Assembly: GCA_951406725.2 (NCBI GenBank)
Contig: OX597832.1
Coordinates: 35,154,001-35,218,000 of the forward strand
DNA length: 64,000 nucleotides
Direction: 5' to 3'
DNA from: Octopus vulgaris
Taxonomy: Eukaryota
The notes below the pieces were generated by a model that saw only the letters and a program-made list of their open reading frames with translations, was not told the DNA's origin and did no database searches. Positions 39,660-53,024 of the stretch are shown in pieces. The translations under genes were made by a program, and so were the position numbers. The first letter of the stretch is position 1, and each line of letters opens with the position of its first letter.

Positions 39660-39998
39660 TTGCAAGTACTTGGGGATCCTGTCAGTACAGGTGCCACTTA
39701 AAAGCACCCAGTCCACACTGTAAAGTGGTTGGTGTTCAGAAAGGTACCCAGCTGTAAAAATCTTGCCAAAACTGACCTCGCCTGTACTCGTGTGCTGTAA
39801 AAAGCACTACTCACCTCATCTGTGCTTGTGTCACATAAAAAGCACTAAGTCCACTCCGGTGAGTAGTTGGTGTTAAGAAGGGCATCAACTGTAAAAATCT
39901 TGCCAAAATAATCACAGAAGTTTGGTGCAGGCTTCAGCTTGGCCTGCTCTTGTGGAACCGTCCCACCCATGGCAGACAGATGTTAAACAATGATGATG
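39660..39998 (+). mobile_element. RTE-type 3' tail nested in the DNA transposon
   Basis: aaaagcacccagtccacactgtaaagtggttggtg ... atgatgatg. Confidence 0.65.
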
Positions 39999-40065
39999 TT
40001 TTCTGATCTGTCAGAGACTGAAGTTGAAGAGGGTATATATCAGTGGTTCTGAAGAGGGTATATAT

Positions 40066-40375
40066 CAGTGGTTCTCAAAGTGGGTGATATTGCCCCCCTG
40101 AGGGGGGGGGGGAGTTCCAAGGGGGCATTGAAGAAAAATGGGATGATAATGGCTTAGCAATTCATGTAAAAAGTGAGGCAATAATGGGGTAGGTATTTGT
40201 GTAAAAACAACAAACTAGTGGGTTTACTAGGTTAAGTTTTGTTTGTGAAATACAGTTGCTTTGAATTTGCTTCAGAAAGAGGTCTGTGTTTGTGATGGTT
40301 AGTTGGGGTGGGGGCACTAGGAGTGTGGCCTGGGTGTCAAGGGGTTAGCAGCCCGAAAAAGTTTGGGAAGCACTG
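40066..40375. mobile_element. hAT (Charlie-type) MITE
   Basis: cagtggttctcaaa / tttgggaagcactg ends; near-TSD gtatatat / gtgtatat; 25-bp tandem duplication at the left junction. Confidence 0.75.
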
Positions 40376-41882
40376 GTGTATATGTAGAACCAGATATAAG
40401 GAAACTTGTCAAGGATGAAAATTTTGAAAACTCTCTTAGTGATTCTGTAAAAGATGCATGGATTAGTTTGTTTTAAAGATGTGGGGAAGATCTTCTTGGT
40501 TAGTCACAAGGATTCAAGCTACAAAGACCATTGTGAGAAGAATTTTGAGGCCCTCAGAATGTAAAGTGAGCATTAAAGTTCATTTCCTACATGCCCCCTT
40601 GGATTTCTTTCCAGGAAATCTGTGGGATGTGAGTGAAGAACAGGGGGAAATGTTTCATGACATGAAGGAGATAGAAAGAAGATATCAGGGAAGATGGATT
40701 GTCAATATAATGGCTGACTACTACTACATGTTACGTCGTGAATTTCCATCCACGTAAAAGAATTCCAAGCATAGTTTCCAAGTAAAAAAAGAAGAGATTT
40801 TGAGGTGTTGAACCTAAAAAATGAATGGAATCCTTATAAAAAAACCTACTTTCTCACCTTTCACTTGCATTTGCACCATTTTATTTTGTTAAATAAAGTA
40901 CCAAATTCATTTTTATTGGTTTTATTTTTGTCTTGTCATATGTGGGTTTTCCTACAAATCATTAAATTAAACCTTAGGTAATGGGGAAGAGCTTTTTTCA
41001 TATTTTGAATCAGCACCACAAAAATATAAAAAGAAACATGAAATTATCAAAACAATTTTCAAGCAATTCCATTTTTCATTAGAAAGTTAGTTTTTTCTAT
41101 ACCTACCAAATTAAAATTATGATATAATAACAGTTATTTCACCAATTTTCTGAATATATTGTATTCTAAGAAAGAATAAATTCTTTCTAAAGATGCTTTA
41201 AGTTCTTCAAAATTTGCTTTAACAGCAGCAGTTGTAACAAATGTAATTTCAAATATCAACCAAAATTGCCTTATCGAAATCTTTGCTAAACACAAATAAT
41301 GATAAAATATTTTCAATTGTCATGTTGTATTTTTATGTGTAAAATAATTATAGCTTTAAGTTTTCTTATTAAGCAGCTTTATGATTAACATAAGTTCAAC
41401 AAGAGCAATTTATATATAATTGCATCTAGTAATTGTAACCAGACATTTATATCCCATTGATCTCATCTCGAAGTGAAAAGAGCTGATCTGTTACTTTTAA
41501 ATATTGGTTTTCCTAACTCCAAGCAGAAATTGAAGTGGAAAACAAACGATATTATAACTTGTTTATAATGCTAATAAGAGCAATTTTTTTTATATCTAAT
41601 TTGATTATTATTTTTTTTTGTCCATTAATTGAGATATTGAAGAGATACGCAGCTTGAACTTTGATGAGTCATAAACTGTATACAAGAGTGTAGATAAGAA
41701 CTTAGGTTTATATTTTCTTAATATTCGGCAATAAATAAGTATTAATGTGTTCAGCAGTTCGCTTTGGTATGTTTAGCATGTATAAATATTCTTTAAATAA
41801 TTTACTTTCAAACTGACTTAGAGAGAGAGAAAGAATGAGAGACAATAGATTACATATAGCCATTTTATTTTTATAATATCAG

Positions 41883-41981
41883 CAAAGAAAAGAAAAAATG
41901 GCCAGTCTGGAATTATATCATGTATTGCACCTAGCCCTGTTGACATGTCCTTGTATGCTGCGGGTTCTTACTCTAAAGAAA
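41883..41981 (+). CDS. WRAP53: WRAP53 exon (KKRKNGQSGIISCIAPSPVDMSLYAAGSYSKE)
   Basis: tcag| ... |gtaagt; GQSGIISCIA is conserved. Confidence 0.95.
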
Positions 41982-44647
41982 GTAAGTTACTGTTTTCACC
42001 TTCATGTCATAAATCTTACATTTCTTTTTCATTCTATGAATATCTGATTTTATTACTCTGTTAGAATTGCATATGTTTTTAAATAGGTATTCTCACAGAA
42101 AACTGTAGAATGTAAGTATAAGAGACTGTGAAACTAAACTTTATTAGATTATACAAACAAAAATATTAGTAGACTACTTTAAACACAACACTGATCAGTC
42201 AGATAAGCAAATCTACAGCAACATCAAAACTTCTATTGGTTTTTAATAATTTCAATAACATTGAACTGTGAAATTTAAAAAAAAAATTTTTTTTCCAATC
42301 TTATTTGTTTTTCTAACTGCATGATAACAAGGCAATGGATGAATGAACATTTATAATGTAGAAATGTTATCCATAGATATCTAATATCCGAGACAAGATA
42401 AGATCCTTCATAAGATTGTTTAAAAGCAGTATTTAGCTTGGTACAAAATATGTAAATGTGAAACCAGCACGTGTAGTTTAAGGTATGAGATTATATAGAT
42501 TGTTCAAGGGATGAAATATTAAAATTTTATAGTGTAGCTCTATGAGTAAGAAAAGAAATACAATTATCCAGTGTGTATATATTTATATTTGTATAATCAG
42601 TTTAAAGCAAGAAATTAAGTGTCTAAATAAACAGAAACAGAAGCCAAAAAAAAAAAAATGAAGCAAATATCCATTGCAAACTAGACAAACTGAAGGAAAC
42701 TATAGTTTGGCAATTATCCATTGATAATGATCTAGTGTCTATTCTGGATCGAACATTTGTTCAAATTTAATAATTTCTGAAATTCTTGAAATCGGCTAGT
42801 ACCACAAGACAGCTAGTCAGCTCTGGCTGCTGGAGCGGAAACTAACAGGACTCTGTTGGAAAGTAGGTCTAGAGAAAGCGTGAGCCAAAACTACGCGCTT
42901 TTCCCTGCCATTGTTCAGTTGAAGCTTAGATTGTGTTGTGACAGTTAACTGGCACTAGTTGCTGGTACCTACCAGCGACTATTTAAAAGGAAATTTGCCA
43001 GGGTGGTCATTCACCTGCTGACATTCATTGATGTTGCATTGAAGAAACTAAAGAACAAAAAGCCAAAGAAAAAAGGAAAAACTGCACTCAACACCAGAGC
43101 TGAAGACACCTCTGACAGGGGAGAGGGGAACATTGAAAATGGTAGAGAGGTAGGGTCTGAAACAGGACATGGTTCCTCCTAATGCTGTCCTTAGCCACTG
43201 GATCCAATAAAGGAATTGTTGAGGTGGAATTCCTTCCACCGAGAAAATCTTTGCAAAGTGGTATTTTGTATTAAGATTAGATTTTGTGGGGATTATTACA
43301 TCTCCCTGAATAAAACACTTGATGACTGGAGAGCAAAACAAGGCTTAGCCACAAATTTTGTGACTGTGCATTTGAAAGATGAGGTTAACAGTTTGGAAGT
43401 TAGAAATGAAATTTCATTCAATTTCTGTAGATTAAGTTCATCAGGTTATAAGGTTCAAAAGAAACAGTTTTATAGAAGTAAGGCTGATTGTGTATTTAAT
43501 GTGGAATTTCAGCTTCATGTGAACCTAAAAGATAGATATTAATAGTGAGGTGTGACTAATGTAAAAGAATTTTTAAGAGCTGTGTATTATTAGGGTGGAG
43601 GTTGCATTTGGATTTTACAAATGTATTTACTAAAGTTCAATGTTTAACAGAAATCATTGAGAATCTGATGAGGTCATTAACTTGTTATTAGATGCATGTG
43701 TGTGATTAAAAACTGATAATAAGAAATGGTAAGTTAAAGGAGGATTTATTAGGTCTTCTATAAAGCTTTTCAGATAGTAACTGTAATTTTAGTTGTATTA
43801 AATCTTAAGTGTATGGGAAAATATTGTTGCTGTTCTGACAGTAAAAGTTTTCTTTTAATAAAACTGCATTCATCTATGGTATTGATTGGAAGCCATCTTG
43901 TGTAATTGATAAAAATCTCTCACACCTGAATTAGGCATATCAAGTAAATGTTAAATGAAGTTCTGAAAAATTTTAAGCAAAATCCTGCTTTTTGATAATG
44001 AATTAATAGATGACATGTAGAGATTGGTGATATTGATATTGTTGTGTAGCTCCAGGTGTATTCTATCAAGCAGACCTACAGCATACGGTCAAGCAACTGC
44101 CTAGGCAGGGCTGACAAATTTGTCCATTTCTACTAGGCTGGCTTCAAGGCTTATTCTAACGTAGAATAATGATTTCAAAAGGTAGCTTGTTGTAACCAAC
44201 GTATAATAACTATTGTCTTGGAAATTCTCCTTTTCATAAGTTGCTTGAACGCTATGTGCATGTAGTTGAAGGTGGTAATCTTCATCACCACAAAACAATT
44301 TTTTGTGCAGGTTTCTTCTTAAATGTCAATGTGGCCCCAGGATTGTTTTCATGTGTCAAAATGAACTACTCTAAGGATCTTTTATTTTTAGTATTTTTGT
44401 TTTGTTGTATAAGTGGTCTTTGGATGTATCTGTAAACACACTATGATGATCTGAACTGTACAGTTTACTATGTAGAAATTAGGGGAACTAGCAGTATTGC
44501 CATAATCTAAAATGAATGTAATATATTATTTATATATTACTATTACTATATGTTGGGCAGATGTAGTGCCTATGAGTGCTGTTTTGTTTCATTTAATGTC
44601 TTTTATATATGTTGGGACTCTTAGAGCTTTTGTTTTCTGGTTATAAA

Positions 44648-45882
44648 ATAATAATAATAATAATGAAATTATTGTATACAGTGCTCAGGTGCACCACAAC
44701 TTGTCAGAGAATATGCAGTAATGTACAAATGTCTGGAAAGCGAACAATGCATGAGTCAGATACATGCTTGTGTGTGTATGGAGGGGAGAAAATCAAGTGT
44801 AGTGTTGGCGAATCTCAGAAAGCATGGAAGTTTTGAAGGATGCAGTGCTCCAACAACTAACAACTGATGCCAGCAGTTTGTTCCATGCTTCAGCAACTCT
44901 CAGTTTGAAACAAAGGTTTCCTGAAGTCATGGGAGCTGTGCTGTTTTCTGACTTTGTAAATATGTCCACGGGTGTTAGATGGGTGGAGTTTGAAAAGGTG
45001 CTCAGAGTTATTGTTTGTAAGCTGGTTGATAATTTTATGGGTGTCTACCAAGTCAGCTGCCAGACGTCGGAGTTTCAATGTGTCCATGCCCAGGGAAGTA
45101 AGGCGTTCAGGATATGGCAAATGCCTGATGGAGGGTATTCTTTTGGTTGCACGTCGCTGAACAGCTTCCAGACAATTGATATCCTGGGCGAGATAGGGGT
45201 TCCAGACCGGTGATGCAAATTCCAGGTGAGGTCTTACCATAGCTATATAAAGCCGCAGATAGATAGCCGGAGAGCGGCTCACAAAGGATTTGGTGAGTGA
45301 TGCCAAGACACCCTCAGCCTTCTTGGCAATTTTAGTGATGTGTTTTGTCCAATGCAAATCACTGTCGACAATAACACCCAGGTCACGTTCACACGAAGAC
45401 TTTTTGAGATTAGTGTTGTGGAGGGAATAGGTGGACGCTGGGTTTCTCCTCCCAAAATGCATGGTGGTACATTTGTCCACAGCCAGCTTGAGTTGCCAGT
45501 CCATGATCCACTGCTGCATTGTGTCCAGGTCTGCTTGCAATAGAGATCTATAGTGTACAGGATCTGACCTCTTTATTTCGAGGTACAGCTTAATGTCATC
45601 TGCATATTTCAGCACTGTGGCATTCTTTAAGTTGGCATCTATGTCATTAACATATGCAACAAATAAAAGGGGGCCAAGAACAGATCCCTGTGGTACACCA
45701 GATGTCATCGCATAGGGTGAAGAGTGCTGTCCTAGAACTGTGACAACCTCTTTTCGGCTGAAAATAAAGGACTTCAACCAGTTATAGAGTTTGTCTCTTA
45801 CGCCCAACGCAGAGAGCTTCACCATAAGTCTTTTGTGTGGCACAGAGTTAAAAGCCTTAGCAAAGTCCAGGTAAACAACATG
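44648..45882 (-). mobile_element. CR1-clade LINE, 5'-truncated
   Basis: GVPQGSVLGPLLF, KYADD; (ATT)n tail. Confidence 0.95.
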
Positions 45883-46219
45883 GTATATTTATATTATTGG
45901 ATGGAATGGCTGATTTATCTGATACTTTCTAGCATTACTTTTAAGAAGAGAAATGCTGGATTTAGTAGATCGTTACTTTAAATTTTCTAAGTTATCAGTG
46001 TAGGGCTGGAGTAATTATGCAGTTGTGTCTAAAGAATGGTCGGAGTATGTAAGTATGATGCTATCTGTTGATGAGACTGCATGTTTATTTTGTGGAATTG
46101 TGAAATGGTCATGCCCCTCACCACCCTTAATATGCATTATAGTGATTTGGATTATGAAAAATTTTTATGAAAAATATTTGAGTCCATTCTTAATAAATTT
46201 TCTTTTTTTAATCCTGTAG

Positions 46220-46338
46220 TTGCCTTTTACACGACATCATCTGAAAGTATGCTTTGTATGCTAAAAGGCCATAAAGGTGGAGTGACACACATAATGTTTT
46301 CATCAGATGGAACTAAACTTTACAGTGGTGGTCGTAAG
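46220..46338 (+). CDS. WRAP53: WRAP53 exon (AFYTTSSESMLCMLKGHKGGVTHIMFSSDGTKLYSGGRK)
   Basis: gtag| ... AAG|gtaagt; GH WD40 repeat. Confidence 0.95.
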
Positions 46339-46456
46339 GTAAGTTATGTTGATATCATTGTTTATTTCTCTATTTGTTACAGTCTTCAAATTTATTCAGT
46401 TTTAAATTTTAGTTTATGTTAATATTCTGAACATTTTCTTTTTTTTCTTTTTTAAG

Positions 46457-46560
46457 GATCCTGAAATACTTTGCTGGGATTTACGGGATCCAGGCACTGT
46501 ATTATATGTTGCAACACGTCAAGTTGAAACTAATCAAAGAATTTATTTTGATCTTTCACA
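46457..46560 (+). CDS. WRAP53: WRAP53 exon ([34 protein letters not shown])
   Basis: aag| ... |gtatgt; CWDLR and TNQRIYFDL hallmarks. Confidence 0.96.
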
Positions 46561-46702
46561 GTATGTTAATCTTAAATTTATTTGTAAGAAACCAATAAAA
46601 CAATTCAAAATATTTCCCAATAACTCTATGTAAATGTTACACCAAATATTATTGCTGATGACTAGGTACGGAAGTAGATTTTGTGGAGCAATAAGTTATT
46701 GA

Positions 46703-48038
46703 CAGTCGATGACAGCATTGAGGGTACTTTTGAATTTTCCCCATCGACCAATAATTTCCTAGGCCCTAAACACCCCAGGAAGTGAGGGAACTCACTGCAA
46801 AGTTCATATCCTGATAATCTTTTTTTCTTGCTGTAAGGGATTTTTAAAAGAAAAGAATAAAGGAAGTAGAAACTATCACCTGAGGGAACACATTTCTCTC
46901 ATGTATGACCAATATGTCAATCGAATGATGAAAGTAAATGAAGAGAAAAGTGAGAGAATTGTTTATATGGATGAAAGCTACATCCACATGAACTGCTGCT
47001 GGCATGAGGATCCATTGTACAACCAAATGATGAGCAAGACCTTACAACTATTGCATGCCACAAAAGACAACAATATTGTTTCGTTGCTGCAGTTATAGAT
47101 GTCAATCATAGTCTTCCAGAAGATTAATGACTGGAGAACAACAGGCTGGATTATTGATGGATATGCTTGATATCTTTGACAGGGAAAAGAAGCAAACACA
47201 GGATTACCATGGCATGTTTGATCACAAATACTTTGACAAATGGATGAGACAGCTTTTGCAGTGTTTGAAAGGGAGAAATTGTTCCAATGCTCTTATTGTG
47301 ATGGAGAATGCCAAGTACCATAAATAGTTACCCGAAAATATGCTGTGAAAGAATGACCAGAAAGTAGCATTACAAGAAGTATATGCAAAATATGGAATTG
47401 GTTTTGATGACAAAGGCACAAAGGCTATGTTATGGTATAAACTGCATCCATATATCCAAAATAATGCAATACCTGTAATTTCAAGAATGGCTCAAGATGA
47501 AGGACATGGAGTAAATATTTTCACCACCTCATTACTCAGATTTGCAACTAACTGTGACTGTCTGGGCTGTTGTAAAAGGAGAGGATGGTAGGCAGTAGAC
47601 AATTGACATTACATTCAAAGATGTACTTCAACATTTGAAAGGTACTTTTAATCATCTGAAAGCAAATACTGTTCAAGGATGCATCAATAAAGCAAATAGG
47701 AATCTGAAAAGACTATGGGAATACATCAAGTCTATGGGAGATGCTGATGATGAAAATGGAGATGATTGAAATGAGGATATGGATTCTAGTGGCCCTTCTG
47801 ATGACAAGGAAAGCATTGCTGAGGACTCTGATAATGATGATTAGAAATATATCTGACTTTTCTTTTACTTTATTTTTCTAGCAAATGGTCAAAATATTGT
47901 ATTAATTCATGATCATACCTTTGCCAGAATTATGCTATCAAAAACCTGTTGGTTTTAGGCATATCATGCAACATCAGAGGCTGTTTTAAAGTTTTTTAAT
48001 AAGTTTCAATTGTACTCTCAATGCTGTTACAGACAGTG
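46703..48038 (+). mobile_element. IS630/Tc1/mariner element with DD~82E spacing (Sailor-like), decayed
   Basis: TIR cores acagcattgagggtac / gtactctcaatgctgt; VYMDESYIH, DYHGMFD, IVMENAKYH, then ~82 residues to SPPHYSDLQL..TVWAVVK. Confidence 0.72.
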
Positions 48039-48326
48039 AAATAAATGCTAATAGTATTTTATCTGTTCTATTTTAGTGATGATATTATATTACTAGCACT
48101 AAATTGTTCTTATTTTATTAGCTTCATTATATTATTGGCTCCTCATTTATTACTGATCGAAACCACAGGATATAATTTTAGAAAGAGACTAAATACATAA
48201 AGATATGAAATAAAGATAACTGTCTTGCATGAATTTCAACAAATTACTTAAAGAAGTAAATGCCTATGATTTTTAGATTGATTTGGTTCTTGAAAATATT
48301 AAAATTATCAATCATTGTTTTAACAG

Positions 48327-48479
48327 TTCTGGTCAGTATTTAATATCAGGAAACCATGATGGTACAATTACCATTTGGGACACATCTAAGACCTCTGATA
48401 ATGAAGGTACAAATGCAAGATATAGTCTCTTATCCCATTTCACATATTCTGGCCATACAGACACTGTCAATGGAGTTAG
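48327..48479 (+). CDS. WRAP53: WRAP53 exon (SGQYLISGNHDGTITIWD...GHTDTVNGV)
   Basis: acag| ... AG|gtatgt; WD40 repeat, in phase. Confidence 0.95.
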
Positions 48480-50618
48480 GTATGTTCTGTTTTAATCATT
48501 CATTAAGTATTTACTATTGTTAATTTTAGTGTTTATAACCTACATGTTCTCTTGTTTTTTTTCATTATTTATGTTAGTAAATATAATTATATAAGTTGAT
48601 ATAAATAATCTTATTCTAGTATTGTAAACTTTCTCTGTAGCAATATTCTCATTATGACTACACCATCTGAATAAATTCTTTTGCAAGCCATCATCAATAT
48701 GGGAGAAGTTTAATGTACTTCTGTACTGCTAGAAACAATAAGGTCCTCTTTCTGAGGAGATGGATGTGTAGTGCTAACCTCAAGAAAGATGGTGGAAACA
48801 AGCCAAAAAACCAATTTGACCTTGGATTATCATCAGACATCAAAGAGATCAGATCAGTGTTTAAGCAGTTGGGTATGAAGCTGATGTCAGTTGCAAGGGA
48901 GATAGGAGAAGCGATCTTGGCAGAGTTTAGAAATTGGGAAAATGTGGTCCCTGGGAGGCTGCTATATTGCAAACCTATTCATGTTAGTCTAGAAAATGGA
49001 TATAAACCAATAATTAGCCTTTACCACTTTTCATTACTTTTTAATCTAAATAACTTTGACTGATTGAATATATTGCATAAATAAACATTGTCAGTGTTTG
49101 CTGCTGCCATATACAGCATATGACCACTTAGTCTTTTGTTTATTTCTTCTGTGACACCTAGAATCATAAGAATGACCTTATCATTTCTTCTCAAATGATC
49201 TTCTTCTGTGAGTACCTGACAAGTTGTTTACAGTGAAAGGCATTTATGAAATGAAGTCCATAAACTACTCACAGTAGTAGTTGATAGTTTCTTTCACTAG
49301 TATCAGGACATGCACTGTAACAGCGCATGGCTGAATCCATCATTTGTGTACTGTTTCTTATAGATTGACTTTTCATATTCAACAGATCATGCTCACTTCA
49401 TTTCTGTCCAGCTCCACATATCTTTTACATTCAATGTCCATATTATATGTGCTTTATGAAGTCTGCTTTTTTGAGGGAGAGAGAAACCCCTCATAGAGGC
49501 TAAACTACCCTGACAACTATTTTTCTTTGAATCTATCTAAAGAACTAATTAGATTATCTCGGTAACAGACGGCACATGACCTAGTGGTTAGGGTGTTGTA
49601 CTCACAGTCACCAGATCATGGATTCAATTCCCAGACTGAGCAGCATGTGTTTTTGAGAAAAACACTTTGTTTCACATTGCTCTAGCACTACATGGGGACC
49701 AACATGTCAAAGAATATACCCAACGTTTTCTCTGCATGTCATAAAAGTCAACTAAAAGAGGTTGAGGTAGGATTTGCACTCCAACCTTGTAAAACCCTCA
49801 CCAACAACAACTACCCAAACAGATCCATATGTTGGAGGGTTGTCGTCTGAGTGGTGCAAAGATGTCATCTGCTGAGAGTAATAGGGAATCACTAGCAAAT
49901 GATGGATTCAGCAATGCACTGTTACTGTGCACATCCTGATACTACTATTAGTAAAAAAAACTATCAACTACTTCTAATGAATCATCTGAGCAGTTGATGA
50001 ACTTCATTTCATAAATGCCTTTTACTGTTAACAACACTTGTACATTTATTATATCTGAAGTTCCTACAAGATCCCACTCTACTGTTTGCATATCCATTTC
50101 CCTGAGTGTGCGATATCAAATTCCTACCCATTCCCTTTGTCTGGACAGGGCCCTGGTGAACATCTAACTTTATATTAAATTCCTCACTAAATTTGTTTTC
50201 TTTCCTGACATTGATGGGAACATTATCTTCATCCATACAGGTAAGCCACTGCCCTGAGCTTTCACATGGCTTAAAAAGATCTCACAAGATATTCATCACT
50301 ACTTAGTTTTTCTTTGTCTCCACCACATTAAAGTGTGAAGGACTACCATCAACTTCATAAGTTTACATGAAGTAGTGTACCAAATACTTGAAGCTAAAAA
50401 ATATCACCTATACCATGAAGTATAGCTTAAGTTGGAGGGAACTAAAATTCTATGTGCTTCTTAATCATGGAATCCTGTAGGATCAGAATAAAATTACCAT
50501 ATATAAGGAATCAGAGATTTAAGTAAACAATTAGTTTACATTTAAAATTGATTTATGTTTTTGTAAAAAGTTTTCGAAAATGGTATTGCAGAATGGTTAT
50601 TTTCATTTATACTTTCAG

Positions 50619-50745
50619 CCTCCATCCAACTTTCCCTTTAGTGGCCTCAAGCTCAGGGCAGTGGCATAGCTGTATTGATGAAGATTCTGAAGATAATGTT
50701 CCTGTCAATTATTCAAATGATCTCCGATTGTGGTGGTTTCAGTAA
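50619..50745 (+). CDS. WRAP53: WRAP53 last coding exon (LHPTFPLVASSSGQW...DLRLWWFQ*)
   Basis: tcag| acceptor; SLHP..P..ASSSGQ and the terminal LRLWW are conserved; TAA stop. Confidence 0.95.
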
Positions 50746-50814
50746 ATTAAAATTTAGAAAGTAGCAGTCAAATGGTTAATATAGTGGACTGCATTTTTAA
50801 ATCTTTGTGGACAT

Positions 50815-50839
50815 AATAAAATATGAAGTATATAATAAA
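50815..50839 (+). promoter_or_regulatory. Candidate WRAP53 polyadenylation signals
   Basis: AATAAA at 50815 and 50834, 70-90 nt after the stop. Confidence 0.5.
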
Positions 50840-50904
50840 AGCTTTTTAAAACATCATCAGTGAGATTTACTGTAAATTAGTATATGTATGAGAATATATA
50901 TACA

Positions 50905-51960
50905 TACTGTAATCCGGGGGTGAATAGGGACAATTTTGAGGTTGAAATGCATGTCACTAAGTGACTGCAATAGCATTACTGATTAATTTAGTGGGATTTA
51001 TGTTCCTACCAGTAACCTACCATTGAAACTTTATCAAAATTCATTGGCACACCCATTTTTTAGATAAAAAAACCACTCTCCCTATTCACTCATCAATTGG
51101 GGTGAATAGGGACAGTTATCTACAACACACTATTGGACCTATTCAACTAGCTGCAGGGTGAATACAGACAAATAAAAAAACTACAGGAGTGGCTGAAAAA
51201 ATGATACATCCATCAGCAGATGTGTCGAATTGTGACAGAAATATGAAGGATATATTGTTCTCCTCACACGCTTTTATCACTTCTAAGGACAAATGTGAAC
51301 TTAGATTGTCGTCAATCAAAACCTTTTTTTTCCTGCCAGTTTTTTCAGATAAGGAAGTAAACCAGTCATTGAAACTTTGAAAATCAAAGCAGACTTCCTT
51401 CTGTTGTATCGGGCACCTTTTGGCCCACCGAGTGTCCAAGTGTCGTACAGGTTAACAGCCTTGTACACAATGTAAGGATGGAGAAGAGTACCATCAGCCG
51501 CAGCGGCATACATCAAAGAAGTAGATGCTTTAGAGGTGTTCATAATTCTTTCTGGATATTTTGTACCTCGCTTGGTGATGACTTTTTTCCATCCCGAGTC
51601 ATCCGTTAGGTTCGTCTCATTGTAGTTCACAATATTTGGTGCAGGTATACCATCTAAGCTCTCAGCTAAATTGTTGAAATACGAGTTTATTGTAGGCCGA
51701 GAGACAGCAGTTCTTGCTCATTTGATATTCTGGCATATTCGTTCTCTTAAACTGTCTTTATGTCTCATGAGAAATGCCTCAGCCCAATCTACACCAGGCA
51801 TATTCCCTTTGACTCTTTTCACATCGACACCTCAATGATCCAGGTATCCTTTAATGATCAGTCGCAAATCATAGGAATCCATCAGATAGCCCCAAGAGGT
51901 GCACAGCACAAGCCTTTGCTCCTCACCTGAAGATAAAACAGTCTGTCTATCTTGATATTT
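50905..51960 (-). mobile_element. pogo-superfamily DDE transposon remnant
   Basis: NYNETNLTDD..YPERIMN..AADGTLL..WTLGGPKGARYN and KVLIDDNLSSH; terminal motif ggggtgaatagggaca occurs twice. Confidence 0.8.
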
Positions 51961-53024
51961 TTCCCACAGAAGCCAGTCGAGGCGGCGCTGGCATCGGCCA
52001 CATTCGGATGGTGCTTTTTATGTGCCACCGGCACAAAAGCCAGTCGAGGCGGCACTGGCATCGGCCACGTTCGGATGGTGCTTTTTATGTGCCACCGGGA
52101 CAGGTATCACAACTACTATTTCCATTGATATTTGTTTCGATGTTCATGTACATGCCTGTCACAAATTAAGATTGAACTGAAAAACAGTAGTGACTAATAT
52201 GGTTGTGGTTATAAATGAAAACCATTTGTAACTAGGATAATACTTCACACAGAGTTTGTCACTCTTGTTAAATTTTCATCTTTGATACCAAATTTGTTTT
52301 TACTATTCATATATCTATTACCTATACACTAACAGTGATTCTACTTCAGAATGTAGACCAATATATTTTGAAACTTGAAAGTAATATCAGTTGAGAGTGG
52401 TAACTGAGTTAATTAAGTGCAGCTGACATATTTGTAGTTCACATATTACATTAGTGAAAATATATTACCTTCTTTGCCTGTTGCAAGTATATATTATAGA
52501 AAAACAGCTTTCTACAGTAAGTGGTAAAAGGGTACTGTTCCATTAATGTAGTTCTGTGTTTAACTCCTGTGGGCATAGTTTACAGAAAAATTGGCCTTAA
52601 CAAGTTAACTTGTTCATGATATACCCCATGAAGATAGTCTTTTGAGCATATGTACTAAATTGTGAAAACTACTATCACTGATATATTGAATTTCTACAAT
52701 ACTCCTAGTGAAAAATGATAGTTTTTAAAATTGCTAACTAAATATTTTGATCTTAAATAAAATGCAAGTTTCCATAAGATCAAAATTACAGACCATATCC
52801 TTAAAGTTAAGCCTGAAAATCCCATAACCTAAGGTAGCTGTAGTGCAGGGAAAACTAGTAATTACTGGATTGTATAGACATCACAGTTTGATCTTTAGCA
52901 GTGTACAAGTTTCATAGTTAATGTTTACAAAAGTTGATTTTTATGTAACATAAAATATTTGAGGGCCAGTTTTATTCAGAATATATATATATATCAAAAT
53001 AAGCAACAAGGATATCCAGAGGTA

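Larger units (their letters stand above)
38600..41030 (+). mobile_element. Decayed DNA transposon (Chapaev3/CMC-like), interrupted by younger insertions
   Basis: GDLKLICMLFGQQSDYTKFSCFSCKWDSR, VLLPTLHIKLSLMK, SIKVHFLH..DFFPGNLWDVSEEQGE.FH and ERRYQGRW..NIMADYY; superfamily assigned from recalled motifs. Confidence 0.6.

Noticed and set aside
42780-43560. Possible decayed retroelement 5' region
   Set aside because: No motif could be assigned with confidence.
48713-49063. 116-aa intronic ORF
   Set aside because: No recognisable motif or splice support; WRAP53 exons join in frame without it.
10554-50618. Intronic sno/scaRNAs or telomerase RNA in WRAP53
   Set aside because: No convincing C/D, H/ACA or template-bearing structure was seen by eye; a covariance-model search would be needed.
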